Positions 38,130 to 50,928 of a DNA stretch of 64,000 bases are shown piece by piece (position 1 is the stretch's first letter; each line of letters begins with the position of its first letter). This stretch comes from Spironucleus salmonicida (Eukaryota). A program made the position numbers and the translations under genes. The notes beneath the pieces are model-generated. The model had not been told where the DNA came from. It ran no database searches and was given only the letters and a program-made list of their open reading frames with translations. The stretch lies in NCBI RefSeq assembly GCF_000497125.1, contig NC_090596.1, forward strand, positions 992,001 to 1,056,000, given 5' to 3'.

Positions 38130-39758
38130 TCAGAGCTTCTTGGCCTTCCTCTTGCTCTGCTTCTTCATCTGCTTCATGAGCAAAACGATCCCTATGATGC
38201 TGGTTACGACCAGGATGGCTATTACCAGCAGAGAAATGCCCATCACAACGCCCTAAACTACCCTGTAGTCGTCCTCGAAAATGAAATTTGCAAAGATTAC
38301 CCCAGGCAGCAGGCTAAGCTCCAGTTCGTAAAACGCTTCCGGGTTGCTCTAAACACGCTTAATGAGCATGATGCATTTCACATCGCAGGGGAAGCCTATT
38401 GGCTCTCTGAGAGTGTTGACCTTTTGTTGAACCTCGAAAGATAACTTTGTGTCATCGAATGGAGTGGGATCAGAGTTCTAGAAAACCGTGAACTTGATAT
38501 TCAGAACAGAATTAGGTGTAATATTAAACGCGACTGTAGAAAAAACCTGGATTTTGGCTTGCTTGTAGCCTAAGCTGGTCACCACCGCGGAGACTTCCTT
38601 ATTTTGAATCTCCACACTCTATTTCTCGATGTGGACGTACTGCGATCCGAGCTGGAAGATAATATCAAGATAGATCGACGTTGATATATCTGGGGTGTTT
38701 GCGATGTCGTAGAAGTCCAGACAGAGTTTTCTCTCCAGCTCACGACCCTGGTTGCACGTGAACGACAGAAACCTAATATTTCTGTCAAAAGTGCTTGTCG
38801 AGATCGTTACTTACTGCGCATTACTAGCATTTGGGGCCAATCCGGAAATGCGGTACATAATGTTGTCAAATTTTAGTTTATCGATTTACGGTTAGAGCTT
38901 TTCAATGTTCGGACTATACTACATTCTGAGCATGTAGATGCCCTAAAACAGGCCCAGCTGCGGCTTCTGCGCTGGGTTCCAGAAGGTGTCGGTTCCCGAT
39001 ACGATCCCCGTGCTGGTGACCTCGCCGATGTTGTGGTCGAACGTGACGACCGCGCCGCCCTGGAGCGACTCGAAGGTCACGGTGGCGTTGGGGGCGACAA
39101 TCAGCAGCAGCTGCTCGGATTGGGCTGTGCTGAGCTTTACTTCCAGGGTCAGCTTCGCACCGTTCTTGTAGTCGTCTTGGAAGGTTTTGACTTCTAGGCT
39201 GAAGATAGACCCCTGAACGTTCAGCGTCGCCGAGGTCAGCTCCCCGATAGTTACAGGCGGCGTTGCCCCATCCGTTATCGTGTCAAACTGGTTGGTGCAG
39301 AGCTTGGTGGAGTGCATGGTGACGATGAGCTTGGTCTCGTGGATGTTCACGGTGGAGGAGGGCTCGAAGCACTGCGTGAGCGAGGACTTCTGCTCCTGGA
39401 AGATGAAGATGCTGCGCTCCGTGATGTAGCCGTAGGAGTACACGTTGAGCACCACGAACTCCTCGGAGGCGATGTCCGGGACGCCCTCGAACACGAGCTC
39501 CGTGGTGTTGGCGTAGGAGAAGTTCGCGACCTGGATGCGCTGGATGGGGATACCAGACTTCTGGAAGGCCAGCTGCGCCTCGACGCCCTGCGGGAAGACG
39601 GCGCACTGCGTGTTGTTCTCGGAGGCGAGGGTGACCACGATGCGGTTGATGTTCCGGTTGTAGAGTATGGTGGTCTGCGTGGAGTAGCAGTTCGTGAGGT
39701 TAGTCTGGTACTTCGTGTAGATGAACTCCGTCGTCAGCGTTGCCACGACCAGTTGCAT
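38130..39758 (-). CDS. Type-I membrane protein family, copy 4, 542 aa
   Basis: Inverted near-copy of copy 3 with patch differences. Confidence 0.9.
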
Positions 39759-39971
39759 TTATAAATTTGGTTTGATGTTTTTTATTTGAATAATATTAAT
39801 AAATAAAAATATATCTTATGTTTAGTAATGGAATTAATTGTTATTTTTTGATGTATTATATGTTTTTTGTTTTTACATTACTATAGATGTATTAATTAAG
39901 TGTATTAACTATCAATAATATTTCACACCCTTCCTAAAATATATGAAAATAAATTTATTGAAAAAATAGTA

Positions 39972-41600
39972 TCACAGCTTCTTGGCCTTTCTTCTTTTCT
40001 ATTACTTGATGCTCTTTAAGAGTTTGATTATTTAAATAATACTTGTAACAATTAAAAATACAATAATAATAAGGCTGAATCCAATAATGATACCTTACAT
40101 TACTCTTACATCATCAAGATATAAAAATGTTCCAAAAATTAAACCAGGCAGAAGATTTATATCAAGCTAATAATATACATACGATTACGATTAAATTATT
40201 TCTAATAGATTGTGGCATCTTTTATCACAATCAAATACTATATCTTCCTATAGTGAGTCTACTTATTATGAAATCTCAAGTTGTAAAGACGGATCTGAGA
40301 ATGGTAATGGATTACTATTTTATAAAATTGTTATATTTATTTTTAATAATGAATTTGGCGCAATATTATATTTTTTTAAAGAGTATATCTATATAGTTGC
40401 ATCATCATTACCTATACTCAATGTTGCTTATAAAATCTCTTTATTTTAAATTTCGGCTACTTATTTTTCAATATGTACATATTTTGAACCTAGTTAAAAG
40501 ATAATATCTATATAAATTGTAGTAACTATATTTATATCTGCAGCAATGTTATAAAACTTTTCACAAGCATCTCGCTCTAATTTACGACCTTCATCGCAAC
40601 TAAAATTCATGAATCGAAGATTTGGATCAAATTTAGCACCATGAATAGTTAACTACTAAGTTTTTGTTACATTAGGTGATATCCCAGTAAGACGGAACAT
40701 AATATTATCAAATTTTATTTTATTTATTTCCGGTTCTAAAATACTAATTTATGGATTAAAATTAAATTTCAGCATATAAAGACTCTAGAACAAACCTATC
40801 TATGGATTTTAATTAATATCCCAAAAACTTTCAGAACCTACAGTTAAACCTGTTGTTGTAACAATACCAACATCATGTTCAAAATCTACGTCAGTACCGC
40901 CTTAAAACGATGCAAATGTTATAGTAGCAGTAGGAGCTACTAATAGCAAGAGATGCTCTGATTATTGTATTGTCAGAGAAACTTCTAGAGTTAATGTATT
41001 GCCGTCTTTATATTCATCCTAAAAAGTTTTAACATTTAATCCAAAAATAGATCCTTCGATATTTAAAGATGCATAAGTTAATTCACCGATAACTACAGGC
41101 GGCGTTCCCCCGTCCGTTATCGTGTCAAACTGGTTGGTGCAGAGCTTGGTGGAGTTCATGGTGACGATGAGCTTGTCTACGTGGATGTTCACGGTGGAGG
41201 AGGTCTCGAAGCACTGCGTGAGCGAGGACTTCTGCTCCTGGAAGATGAAGATGCTGCGCTCCGTGATGTAGCCGTAGGAGTACACGTTGAGCACCACGAA
41301 CTCCTCGGAGGCGATGTCCGGGACGCCCTCGAACACGAGCTCCGTGGTGTTGGCGTAGGAGAAGTTCGCGACCTGGATGCGCTGGATGGGGATCCCGGAG
41401 GTCTGGAAGGCCAGCTGCGCCTCGACGCCCTGCGGGAAGACGGCGCACTGCGTGTTGTTCTCGGAGGCGAGGGTGACCACGATGCGGTTGATGTTCCGGT
41501 TGTAGAGTATGGTGGTCTGCGTGGAGTAGCAGTTCGTGAGGTTAGTCTGGTACTTCGTGTAGATGAACTCCGTCGTCAGCGTTGCCACGACCAGTTGCAT
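39972..41600 (-). CDS. Type-I membrane protein family, copy 5, 542 aa (GC-rich 5' third, AT-rich divergent remainder)
   Basis: Same length and C-terminal KAKKL. The first ~510 nt are near-identical to the other copies, the rest is diverged. Confidence 0.88.
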
Positions 41601-42021
41601 TTGTTACCTAAGGTTAATTTATTGTTATTTTTTTAACAATATCACTTAATGTTATAGCTACTAAAATATTTTTAACAAATTCATTTCCATATCATTGTAT
41701 TAATCGATAATTACCTTATTATGAAAAACTAACTTTATTATAATCCTTTTATTTTATCCATGTTTACTTATAGAAGACCAGCTGTTTGAATTTCTTATAG
41801 ACTCAACTTTAGAAAAAAATAACAATATTCTCCATACTCTTTAAGGAACCTACATATTACCATTTTCAAAATCGCCTCATTATATCCATTTGTCAAATTA
41901 CCTTTCTGAACTTTTTCAGCTACAAGTCACTATCCACAACGATCATTCAAAATCATACGATTTCACTTCATCTTTATTATCTTATTATTATTATATATAA
42001 TTAATTATAAACACATAAAAT

Positions 42022-42720
42022 TCATAATTTAAATTTCTACTACTCCAGCTCGTAATTACGCTCAACCACCTGGTCATACTCCTCCTTCAGCTACATCCGC
42101 TGATTCCGCTCGAGCTCGCAGCGCTGCTCGGCCATCTCGTACTGCTGCCGCAGCCGCTCCAAATCCTGCATTTTTATCTGGTCCGCGGCACTCCCCTGCC
42201 CCTAGCTCCGCAGATCATGCAGGAGACCCTCGTACTTGCCCTACAGCTTTACAATGTATCCCTTGAGGCCTGTGACCTCCGTATCAAGCTGAGCTATGAT
42301 TTTTGGGTTGTTTTGGGTCCGGAACTGCAGCCGCAAGTCAGAAATCTGGCGCTTCAGGGACTGGTTTTCGACAACGAGCTCGTCGTGCAGACTGAGCTTC
42401 GCGCGGCAGACCTGCAGGTCCTCCTCGGCGACGGCCAGCGTGTCGTTGAGCCGGCTGACAATCTCTGCGAGCTGCTGGTTTTCGCCCTTTTTGCGCTGGT
42501 ATTTGAGCTGTAGGTCAATGATGTGCTAGGATAGCAGGCGGTTATTGTCACGTTCCTGCGAAAAATTCGCGTTTTGACCATTTTACGAGCCCTTGATCTG
42601 CCCCTTCGCCTACATCAAAATATGGGTCTTTATCTGGTTGTAGTTTTCGGTGGCGTGGTTCAGCGCCAGTTGGGACTGCGTTAGCTGCGACTGCAGTTGC
42701 TGCGCGGACAAATTTGACAT
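42022..42720 (-). CDS. Coiled-coil hypothetical protein, 232 aa
   Basis: Code-6 ORF MSNLSAQQLQSQL...ELEQQKFKL with strong heptad character. Confidence 0.85.
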
Positions 42721-43385
42721 TTTATTATATATTCATATCAATATATAATAATATGAATAAATTAATTATTATATGGAAAGGAGATTGTGATGGAAGAAAT
42801 AGTAAATAAGCCGAGTATGAGATTTCTATAAATAGACAAGGAAGGTACTTGTGTGGAAATTGGTCCGAATATATGATATAAGTAGTTACAGAGCAGTGGT
42901 CATGATCAGATAATTACTAGAGTTATTGTGGTAAATACTGTTCAGAAAGAAAAAAACGGATTTTGTCTACTAGTTCCGTAGAAACTGTTATTATACATAG
43001 TTTAAATATATATTAATCAACTTATTTAATAATAAACTATCTTGTAATTGTACAATTTCATTATTATGATATTAAAATGTATTATTGCCATATAATTAAA
43101 ATAATGTAATGAATCCGCAATTTAACAATAAATGTAAATTTATATAATAATAAATCCCAATTTTAAAATTAAGGAGAGTTTAATGTCAATAGGCTATATA
43201 CACTAGACTAATCCATTTTAAAAATTAAAATGAAGTATAATAACTGTAAAAAGAAGATTGTTAATTAATTGTTAGGTCTTTTATTAAACAAAAATTGTGA
43301 AATTTGATTATGAATTTGTCATAGAATATGATACGAACTAAAATGAATACTTATTTCTTACTCTAAAATCTGTAGAAACTACAAA

Positions 43386-43607
43386 ATGGAGGAGCTTGCA
43401 GAACAGTACGAGGCGTTGTTATCAAGGCCGGTGGTGACAGTGGGGTCGCTGTTGGCAGAATTGCACGTGCGGACGGATGAGCTGAAGCGTATGCGGCGGC
43501 AGGTGAGCACTCTCACGCACAACGTGGAGCAGATCAAGAAAATGCAGCAGATTATCTTCGGTAACTAGGTAAGGACTTTTAGAAACGTTTAAAGCACTAT
43601 CAAGTGA
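43386..43607 (+). CDS. Small coiled-coil hypothetical protein, 73 aa
   Basis: Track ORF extended through TAG/TAA to AAG TGA. Degenerate copies at 45447 and 47800. Confidence 0.55.
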
Positions 43608-45446
43608 ATAAGTTAATTATAGTTAGCAAAACTCGACACGGATCAAGGGCTAGGGGTCAGTGTAATCGCTGAATGGACCCTCTACAGTTTTGCGCAAAAG
43701 TTGCAAACATATTTGCTAACCTGAATGCAGCAAATGTGTTGAGTACTGGGGCGTAGAATATCTTCGGGGTTCAATTAGGGATATATATCAAGCGAGCAAA
43801 TTTGAAATATAGGTATATTACATTAAACTGCTTCTAAAAACAGAAAATTGCATAGCAAGGATATTTTTCATATATTAATCGTATAATATCACAACTTTGC
43901 GTGATAATATCCTGTTACTGGTCCAAACTGCACATATTATAACCGCACACAAACTATGGCGCACATGGCACTTAAGCTTCGCTATACTAGAATGAGTTTC
44001 ATCATTTAAAAATATATGCTCGCTATATAAAGTTCTACAATAGATCATATTATTGGTAAGCTGGTCAATTTAGTTCTAAACTACTTTCTCTATTAAATAA
44101 GAACACATTGTATAGTATTTTTTTATATAATAAACATACTATTTATAAGATAATGAATACAAGGATATTATTATCACTCATTATTAACCGATCATATTAA
44201 TAATCCATCTATTACATCTCCTAGCAATATTTAATAATAATTAATATATTTAATATTAATATTTCTGAAGTCGTAATAAATCCCATAAACTTAATATTAT
44301 TATAATATTCACTTATCTAATATTAATATATTAGTGTACCCAGAATATAATGATGTATTCGAGTTCAAACTCATGCTTAACTTAAATATTCTTTCAAAGT
44401 AATTCTGCCTACACAACTAATTACAACATTCAAATGTTTTCTAAAGGCTAATAGAGCATCTCTTAAGCGGTTATTATCAAGAACATAACTATTTATACTA
44501 GTTTAAAATGCATACTATATTTTAAGATAATGCTATAATTTATAAATTTTTTACTTATCATTTTACTATTCATGAGTTATTCTCAGACACCTCAATCATT
44601 GAATGCATTCTCATCCAGAAGTTATGTTTTATAACTTATGTTTCACCTTTTATATAATAGTATCACCTAGTGAAATTTAGTATGTAATCTATCATAGCAC
44701 TTCTTAATATGTTTCATCTTAAGTATATAAAGTTCTAATTCTTCTATTAGATATAAGTTTTACTATATAGTTAACATTCAAAATGTCATTTATTATTATC
44801 ACAAATATCTTTTTAATGAATAAACAAAATCTTTACGGTGTAAACTATAACAGTAAAGAGACTATTGGTGACTATACTGTATAACCAATCAAACCTTTAC
44901 ACAAATATATCATCTAACTAGTAGTATACTGCACATTTATCTTATTTATGAATTTACTTGCTTGTTACTCTCCTTTAATGAATATACTGCCGTGTTTAAG
45001 TCGTTACTACACTTTACGACTTATATGTTTAGTAAATCAATGGTACATATTTATACAACCAAAAATATAAGTGAATGAAAGAAATATTGTAATAACCTTA
45101 TATTTGCTTGTTAATATCACATGTTGTATGCGATCCATAAGAAGATCTAGGTAATCTAGGGCATACCGCGGTGTTTCAGTGCTACCGGTGCTCTGCATTT
45201 TGACGGATCGATCTGCACGAATAACTGCTGAAATATCGCAACTTTCATTCGAGATTCTACACATTGCAGAATAATACCCTACGATTTCTATCCGAATATC
45301 CGGATTCATTATAAGATGAGATATGCCAGCTCTGAACTCGTAGCCTGTATAGTGCAATAAATCAATTCTACAGTAAATAATCGCCTTCTCTGTAAATAAA
45401 AGTGAGCATATATTAGAGTGGCCGAAAAATGTGTAACGACTACGAA

Positions 45447-45579
45447 ATGGAGAGGTTGTGGAACAGTACGAGGCGTTGTTTTCAAGGTCGATGGCGGCAG
45501 GTGAGCACTCTCACCCACTACATGGAGCAGATCAAGAAGATACAGCAGATCATCTTCGATTACTAGGTAAGGACTTTCA
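45447..45579 (+). pseudogene. Degenerate, internally deleted copy of the 43386 ORF (mirrored at 47668-47800)
   Basis: GAACAGTACGAGGCGTTGTT and GGCGGCAGGTGAGCACTCTCAC...GAGCAGATCAAGAA match 43386-43580 with about 60 nt missing. Confidence 0.75.
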
Positions 45580-46007
45580 GGAGGGTTACTGCTAGGTTAA
45601 GTCCAAAAGTGGAAGGAAACAATATTTAAAAGGACACTCAAGATTAAAGATTCCTAAAATCATTTAATAATTAGCCAGTTACATTATGAATTTATGGAAT
45701 AGTTAAGGTAATCTTATTTTACAATTATAGTTATTGATTATTCAATGATTTTTTAATATTTGATTTGCACTATCTAAGCACAGAAGAAAATGATAGCGTT
45801 GAATCTTATGCTGAGCTTTTCATCTTAACAGTAAGATATCCTATTTTATGCACAATATGTATTGCTAATAATTTTAAACAGAGGTATCATAATTTTTTGT
45901 GGCAATCTATCAAAATATAGTGAGTCATCAAATTAAAGAGGACTATAAATTTGCTTCATCTTGCTATAAGAGTATATTACGCTAATATAAAATAAAGAAG
46001 ATAACGC

Positions 46008-46184
46008 TCACTGGGCAGAGATAGCAGTAACAGGGCAAACGCCTTCACAGGCACCACAATCGATACAATCGGCAGCAGCTATGCAAGACTTACCATCATC
46101 ATTGAAAGTAATGCAAGCTGCTGGGCAGGCACCGGCGCAGGCTTCGCAACCAATACAAATATCATGATCAACTATACGGGGCAT
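46008..46184 (-). CDS. fdx: 2[4Fe-4S] (clostridial-type) ferredoxin, 58 aa, copy A
   Basis: MPRIVDHDICIGCEACAGACPAACITFNDDGKSCIAAADCIDCGACEGVCPVTAISAQ, with two CxxCxxCxxxCP motifs. Confidence 0.95.
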   Translation of the reverse strand: MPRIVDHDICIGCEACAGACPAACITFNDDGKSCIAAADCIDCGACEGVCPVTAISAQ

Positions 46185-46700
46185 ATTAAAGAAGTGAAAT
46201 ATTGTGGAATGACTAATATATATTTAATTAATATAATATTTATTAAAATAATAAATAAATAAACTAATACGTGAATATTAAATTAAATTATGATTGACGA
46301 TAAAGACTGTGAAACAACGAGTCATCGATAATAATATTATTATATACTAATTTACAATAACTTAAATCCAGTTTGTATACTTTTGGAAGGGACATTATCC
46401 AAACCTTTATCATTATTAATGTTATAGTGCCATAAATACAATGAATACTTAGAAAACATATCGATTTTCTAATTAGAGGGAACTGTAGCTATGATATTGA
46501 AAACTTTGCTACACTTATCTGCGTAGAAATTGAGGTATTTTTTATACTAAACCTAAACCAGAAATTGATAGTTGATGTAGCCTTAAATTAAAAATGATAA
46601 TAATTAAAAATAAAAATAAATTTTTATCTTTTTTATAATAAAGAATTATTCCAATATTGCCCCTAAAGTTAAATACCTTATGACTGCCTTGTAATAAAGA

Positions 46701-48099
46701 TATAAAAAGTACCTCAATTTCTACGCAGATAAGTGTAGCAAAGTTTTCAATATCATAGCTACAGTTCCCTCTAATTAGAAAATCGATATGTTTTCTAAGT
46801 ATTCATTGTATTTATGGCACTATAACATTAATAATGATAAAGGTTTGGATAATGTCCCTTCCAAAAGTATACAAACTGGATTTAAGTTATTGTAAATTAG
46901 TATATAATAATATTATTATCGATGACTCGTTGTTTCACAGTCTTTATCGTCAATCATAATTTAATTTAATATTCACGTATTAGTTTATTTATTTATTATT
47001 TTAATAAATATTATATTAATTAAATATATATTAGTCATTCCACAATATTTCACTTCTTTAATATGCCCCGTATAGTTGATCATGATATTTGTATTGGTTG
47101 CGAAGCCTGCGCCGGTGCCTGCCCAGCAGCTTGCATTACTTTCAATGATGATGGTAAGTCTTGCATAGCTGCTGCCGATTGTATCGATTGTGGTGCCTGT
47201 GAAGGCGTTTGCCCTGTTACTGCTATCTCTGCCCAGTGAGCGTTATCTTCTTTATTTTATATTAGCGTAATATACTCTTATAGCAAGATGAAGCAAATTT
47301 ATAGTCCTCTTTAATTTGATGACTCACTATATTTTGATAGATTGCCACAAAAAATTATGATACCTCTGTTTAAAATTATTAGCAATACATATTGTGCATA
47401 AAATAGGATATCTTACTGTTAAGATGAAAAGCTCAGCATAAGATTCAACGCTATCATTTTCTTCTGTGCTTAGATAGTGCAAATCAAATATTAAAAAATC
47501 ATTGAATAATCAATAACTATAATTGTAAAATAAGATTACCTTAACTATTCCATAAATTCATAATGTAACTGGCTAATTATTAAATGATTTTAGGAATCTT
47601 TAATCTTGAGTGTCCTTTTAAATATTGTTTCCTTCCACTTTTGGACTTAACCTAGCAGTAACCCTCCTGAAAGTCCTTACCTAGTAATCGAAGATGATCT
47701 GCTGTATCTTCTTGATCTGCTCCATGTAGTGGGTGAGAGTGCTCACCTGCCGCCATCGACCTTGAAAACAACGCCTCGTACTGTTCCACAACCTCTCCAT
47801 TTCGTAGTCGTTACACATTTTTCGGCCACTCTAATATATGCTCACTTTTATTTACAGAGAAGGCGATTATTTACTGTAGAATTGATTTATTGCACTATAC
47901 AGGCTACGAGTTCAGAGCTGGCATATCTCATCTTATAATGAATCCGGATATTCGGATAGAAATCGTAGGGTATTATTCTGCAATGTGTAGAATCTCGAAT
48001 GAAAGTTGCGATATTTCAGCAGTTATTCGTGCAGATCGATCCGTCAAAATGCAGAGCACCGGTAGCACTGAAACACCGCGGTATGCCCTAGATTACCTA
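46701..48099. repeat. Right arm of the palindrome, 1399 bp
   Basis: Mirror of 45148-46546. Confidence 0.97.
47063..47239 (+). CDS. fdx: 2[4Fe-4S] ferredoxin, 58 aa, copy B (identical to copy A)
   Basis: Same sequence, ends CAG TGA. Confidence 0.95.
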   Translation: MPRIVDHDICIGCEACAGACPAACITFNDDGKSCIAAADCIDCGACEGVCPVTAISAQ

Positions 48100-48839
48100 T
48101 AGATAAATATGGAGTTAGAATTAAATATTAATACAAATATAGCCTAAATAAATATGTTAATGAAAGGAATAAATTATATAAAATTAATGTTTTACTTATA
48201 CTTAACGTTATTCATGTGAAGATTATATAGATTAGTAAAATATTCTTAATATTTTTTGATATCTCTTCATTTTATGCTTAACTTAACATTCTGAAATATA
48301 GTTTATTTCATTAACTATAAATTCATATATAATCGTAAATAATATATTGCTGGTATTTGTAAAATTATATTCTAATTTGGTTACTCTGTATAATATTAAA
48401 CAAAATACGTTAGTGGGACGATTTTATATCTAGCTTTCGTAAATTTTGTTAATGTTTCTCAAATAGTATCAAACTTTGTCATAATATTATGAATTTTTTA
48501 GTATTAAAAATTTTAACGTTAAATTATTATAATAAATGGATTTAACTTTGGATAATAGACTTGACCAAATTAGACTATAATTATAAGTTATATATTCAAA
48601 ATATTGATGGGCTTATATGTTTGGTGACTACTCTTCATAATTTAGAAACACTTATAATTTATTGAATACAATAATAATACTTTATAAATTAAATTTAATA
48701 AAAGTTAACGCAATTAATTTTAATAAATTTCTTTTATGTAAATTTTAATATCTGGAACAAATTTAAATTTTGAAAGTATTTAATAAGACTAACGCATAAT
48801 ATTATATGCAACATACTATTTTGTTGTATTAATTATACA

Positions 48840-50438
48840 ATGCCTGTTAGAAAATAGAAATCATCCGTATCATTTGTATTAGTTTCATAAATGATGGGTG
48901 CATCACTGCTAGCTATACCTTACATATTTTCATAATTAGGAGCCATTTTATCAGTACTAAGCTTTATTATTGTCTATGCTGTAGTTCTGATATTACTACC
49001 ATCTTTCACAGAAGCTATTCATTACACACAATCATTATCTTATAGATAAGCTACACATAGAATCTGTGGCAAAAGAACATGCCAATTACTTAATATTTGT
49101 CTAATAGTTAGTTATTATGGATTTTGTACTGGATATGTGATCATTTCATCTAGAGCAGTATATTAGTTTATGATTAACGTATTTAAGATGGCAGCCTTCA
49201 ATATTATATATGTAAAGACAATTATTTCATTCCTCATTATTTTACCTCTTACTTTAATACGTAAAATGTCTATACTTTCTAAAATAAGCTCTATTAGCTC
49301 ATTAATCATTGGCACGACTGTCATTTCAATAATCATATTGTTTTCAATAAAATTTTCTGCAAAAACTGTGTGTGGTAATGGATAATATTAGATGGATATT
49401 ATACCACAAGATTCTATACTGAATATAATACTCAAATTTTTGATGTACATACCTTCAATTCAATCTAATTTTGGATCTTATAATACTATTCCATCCTTGT
49501 TAAATTCTATTTAAGGCCCTCCATTATTTAGAAAGAAAACTGTTAAATTGGCAACTCGAATAGCTGCTACTGTTGGCTCATTATTTTTTATAAGTGTAGG
49601 ATATTTAGGTGCAATTATGTTTGGTGCTTCAATAAAAAATAATATATTTGATAATATCGGTCTTTGCAAATTTATTTATTTTGATATTTTAAGTTTACTT
49701 TATGGTATAGTTGTAATAATAGCATATCCTTTAGCGATTTTTCCCATCAAAGAGACAATTCTACTGTCGTATAAGTTATCTATGGATACTATGAAAGGAT
49801 ATTGTTACTCTATTGGTATCGATATACTATTTATTTTGCTAAGCTTTTTACTTTCTGTTTTATATGAAGATATAGTGGTAATTTTTGCTATTTTTGCATG
49901 TATTTCTGGATTTGTGTATATATTTTTGCTGCCTTTTATATTTGCGTTATAACTACCTAAGTTAAGAGCTTAGAACTTGCATTTAGACGTAGATGATTAA
50001 CCTTCTTATACTCTAGATCCTCTTATAGTACCATTGTTAGGCCACATTATGCCTGTGAATAATGCTAGAAAAATTACAGAAAAAATATTTGGAAGAGATG
50101 AATAAGGCGTTGGAGACTTTATTAGCATGGATTAACTAAGCCTATTCAGATCTAGATCAGTAATGGTCGAATCTACGCTAGAAGGACCTCTATATTAAAA
50201 AAGCCTACAGGATACATTATAGTTTAGATCAATTGATGATTTAGATATTTCAGAGCCTTTGCTATAGCAAGAAAATGCCCAAGATCTATAAGCTCAATAT
50301 ATACCTAATTAAATAGACATCCCCATATCGAAGTTGAGAAAAGTGATAGTCTACTCCGCCATTGTAGGAAGTTCGCTAGTTTGCCTCATCGGCGCGGTAA
50401 TGAACATTAAAAAGATGATAGTTGGCATTGCGGGTTGA
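48840..50438 (+). CDS. Amino acid transporter, AAAP/SLC38-like family, 532 aa
   Basis: N-terminal SQMMGASLLAIPYIFSQLG motif, about 11 hydrophobic segments and a long hydrophilic loop before the last TM. Both track ORFs are in one frame. Confidence 0.88.
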
Positions 50439-50928
50439 AGCTTTAAATAGTGAATCTAATGCTATTGAGTTAATTTATATGATCAGCATATTATACTAAA
50501 TAATACATAACAACAAGCACAAATTTTAAGCGAATTTCAGGATAGAACTAGCTAGTTCAAAATTGAAGTAACCACAATAAATGCAGTTAAAACATGATGA
50601 ACATACGCTTTATGAGGGAATCTTCCACTTTTTGCGTTTAAGACGCGAATTGAAAGCGTTTCGACCTAAAAAAGTAACCAAGCTATGAAACAGCATGCAT
50701 TCAGATTTTACATCTTCAGAATACCAATTTTTATCGCTTCTAAACTTAAAATCCCGATTTCCTTGCAAAACCTCTTCTGAAACAAGTAGAACCAGTAATT
50801 TCAATTTCAGTTTCTTTCGACCTCCATTCCCTTCCATATTAATTTTAAAACCACCTAATATCATATAATAATACTATTCACTTACCAATTCCCCTCCACC
50901 CAAAATTCTAAAACTCCAAACCGCTCAC

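Larger units (their letters stand above)
37424..39989. repeat. Right arm of large inverted duplication (colinear homology extends to 41600)
   Basis: Mirror coordinates hold: 27140/37424 and 26536/38028, then after the 269-bp deletion 26165/38130, 24537/39758, 24323/39972 and 22695/41600. Confidence 0.95.
45148..46546. repeat. Left arm of a near-perfect palindrome, 1399 bp
   Basis: Reverse complement of 46701-48099, with a 154-bp spacer at 46547-46700. Confidence 0.97.

Noticed and set aside
45037-45518. Track ORFs MHYTGYEF... and MGESAHLP... and their mirrors
   Set aside because: Non-ATG starts, overlap with the decayed 43386 copy, and no recognisable family.
46008-47239. Bacterial contamination suggested by clostridial-type ferredoxin
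   Set aside because: Embedded among eukaryotic code-6 genes, has the host AGTGA end, and such ferredoxins are known in diplomonads.
45148-48099. DNA transposon or foldback element with terminal inverted repeats
   Set aside because: No transposase and no evident target-site duplication; the arms consist of host gene and intergenic DNA.
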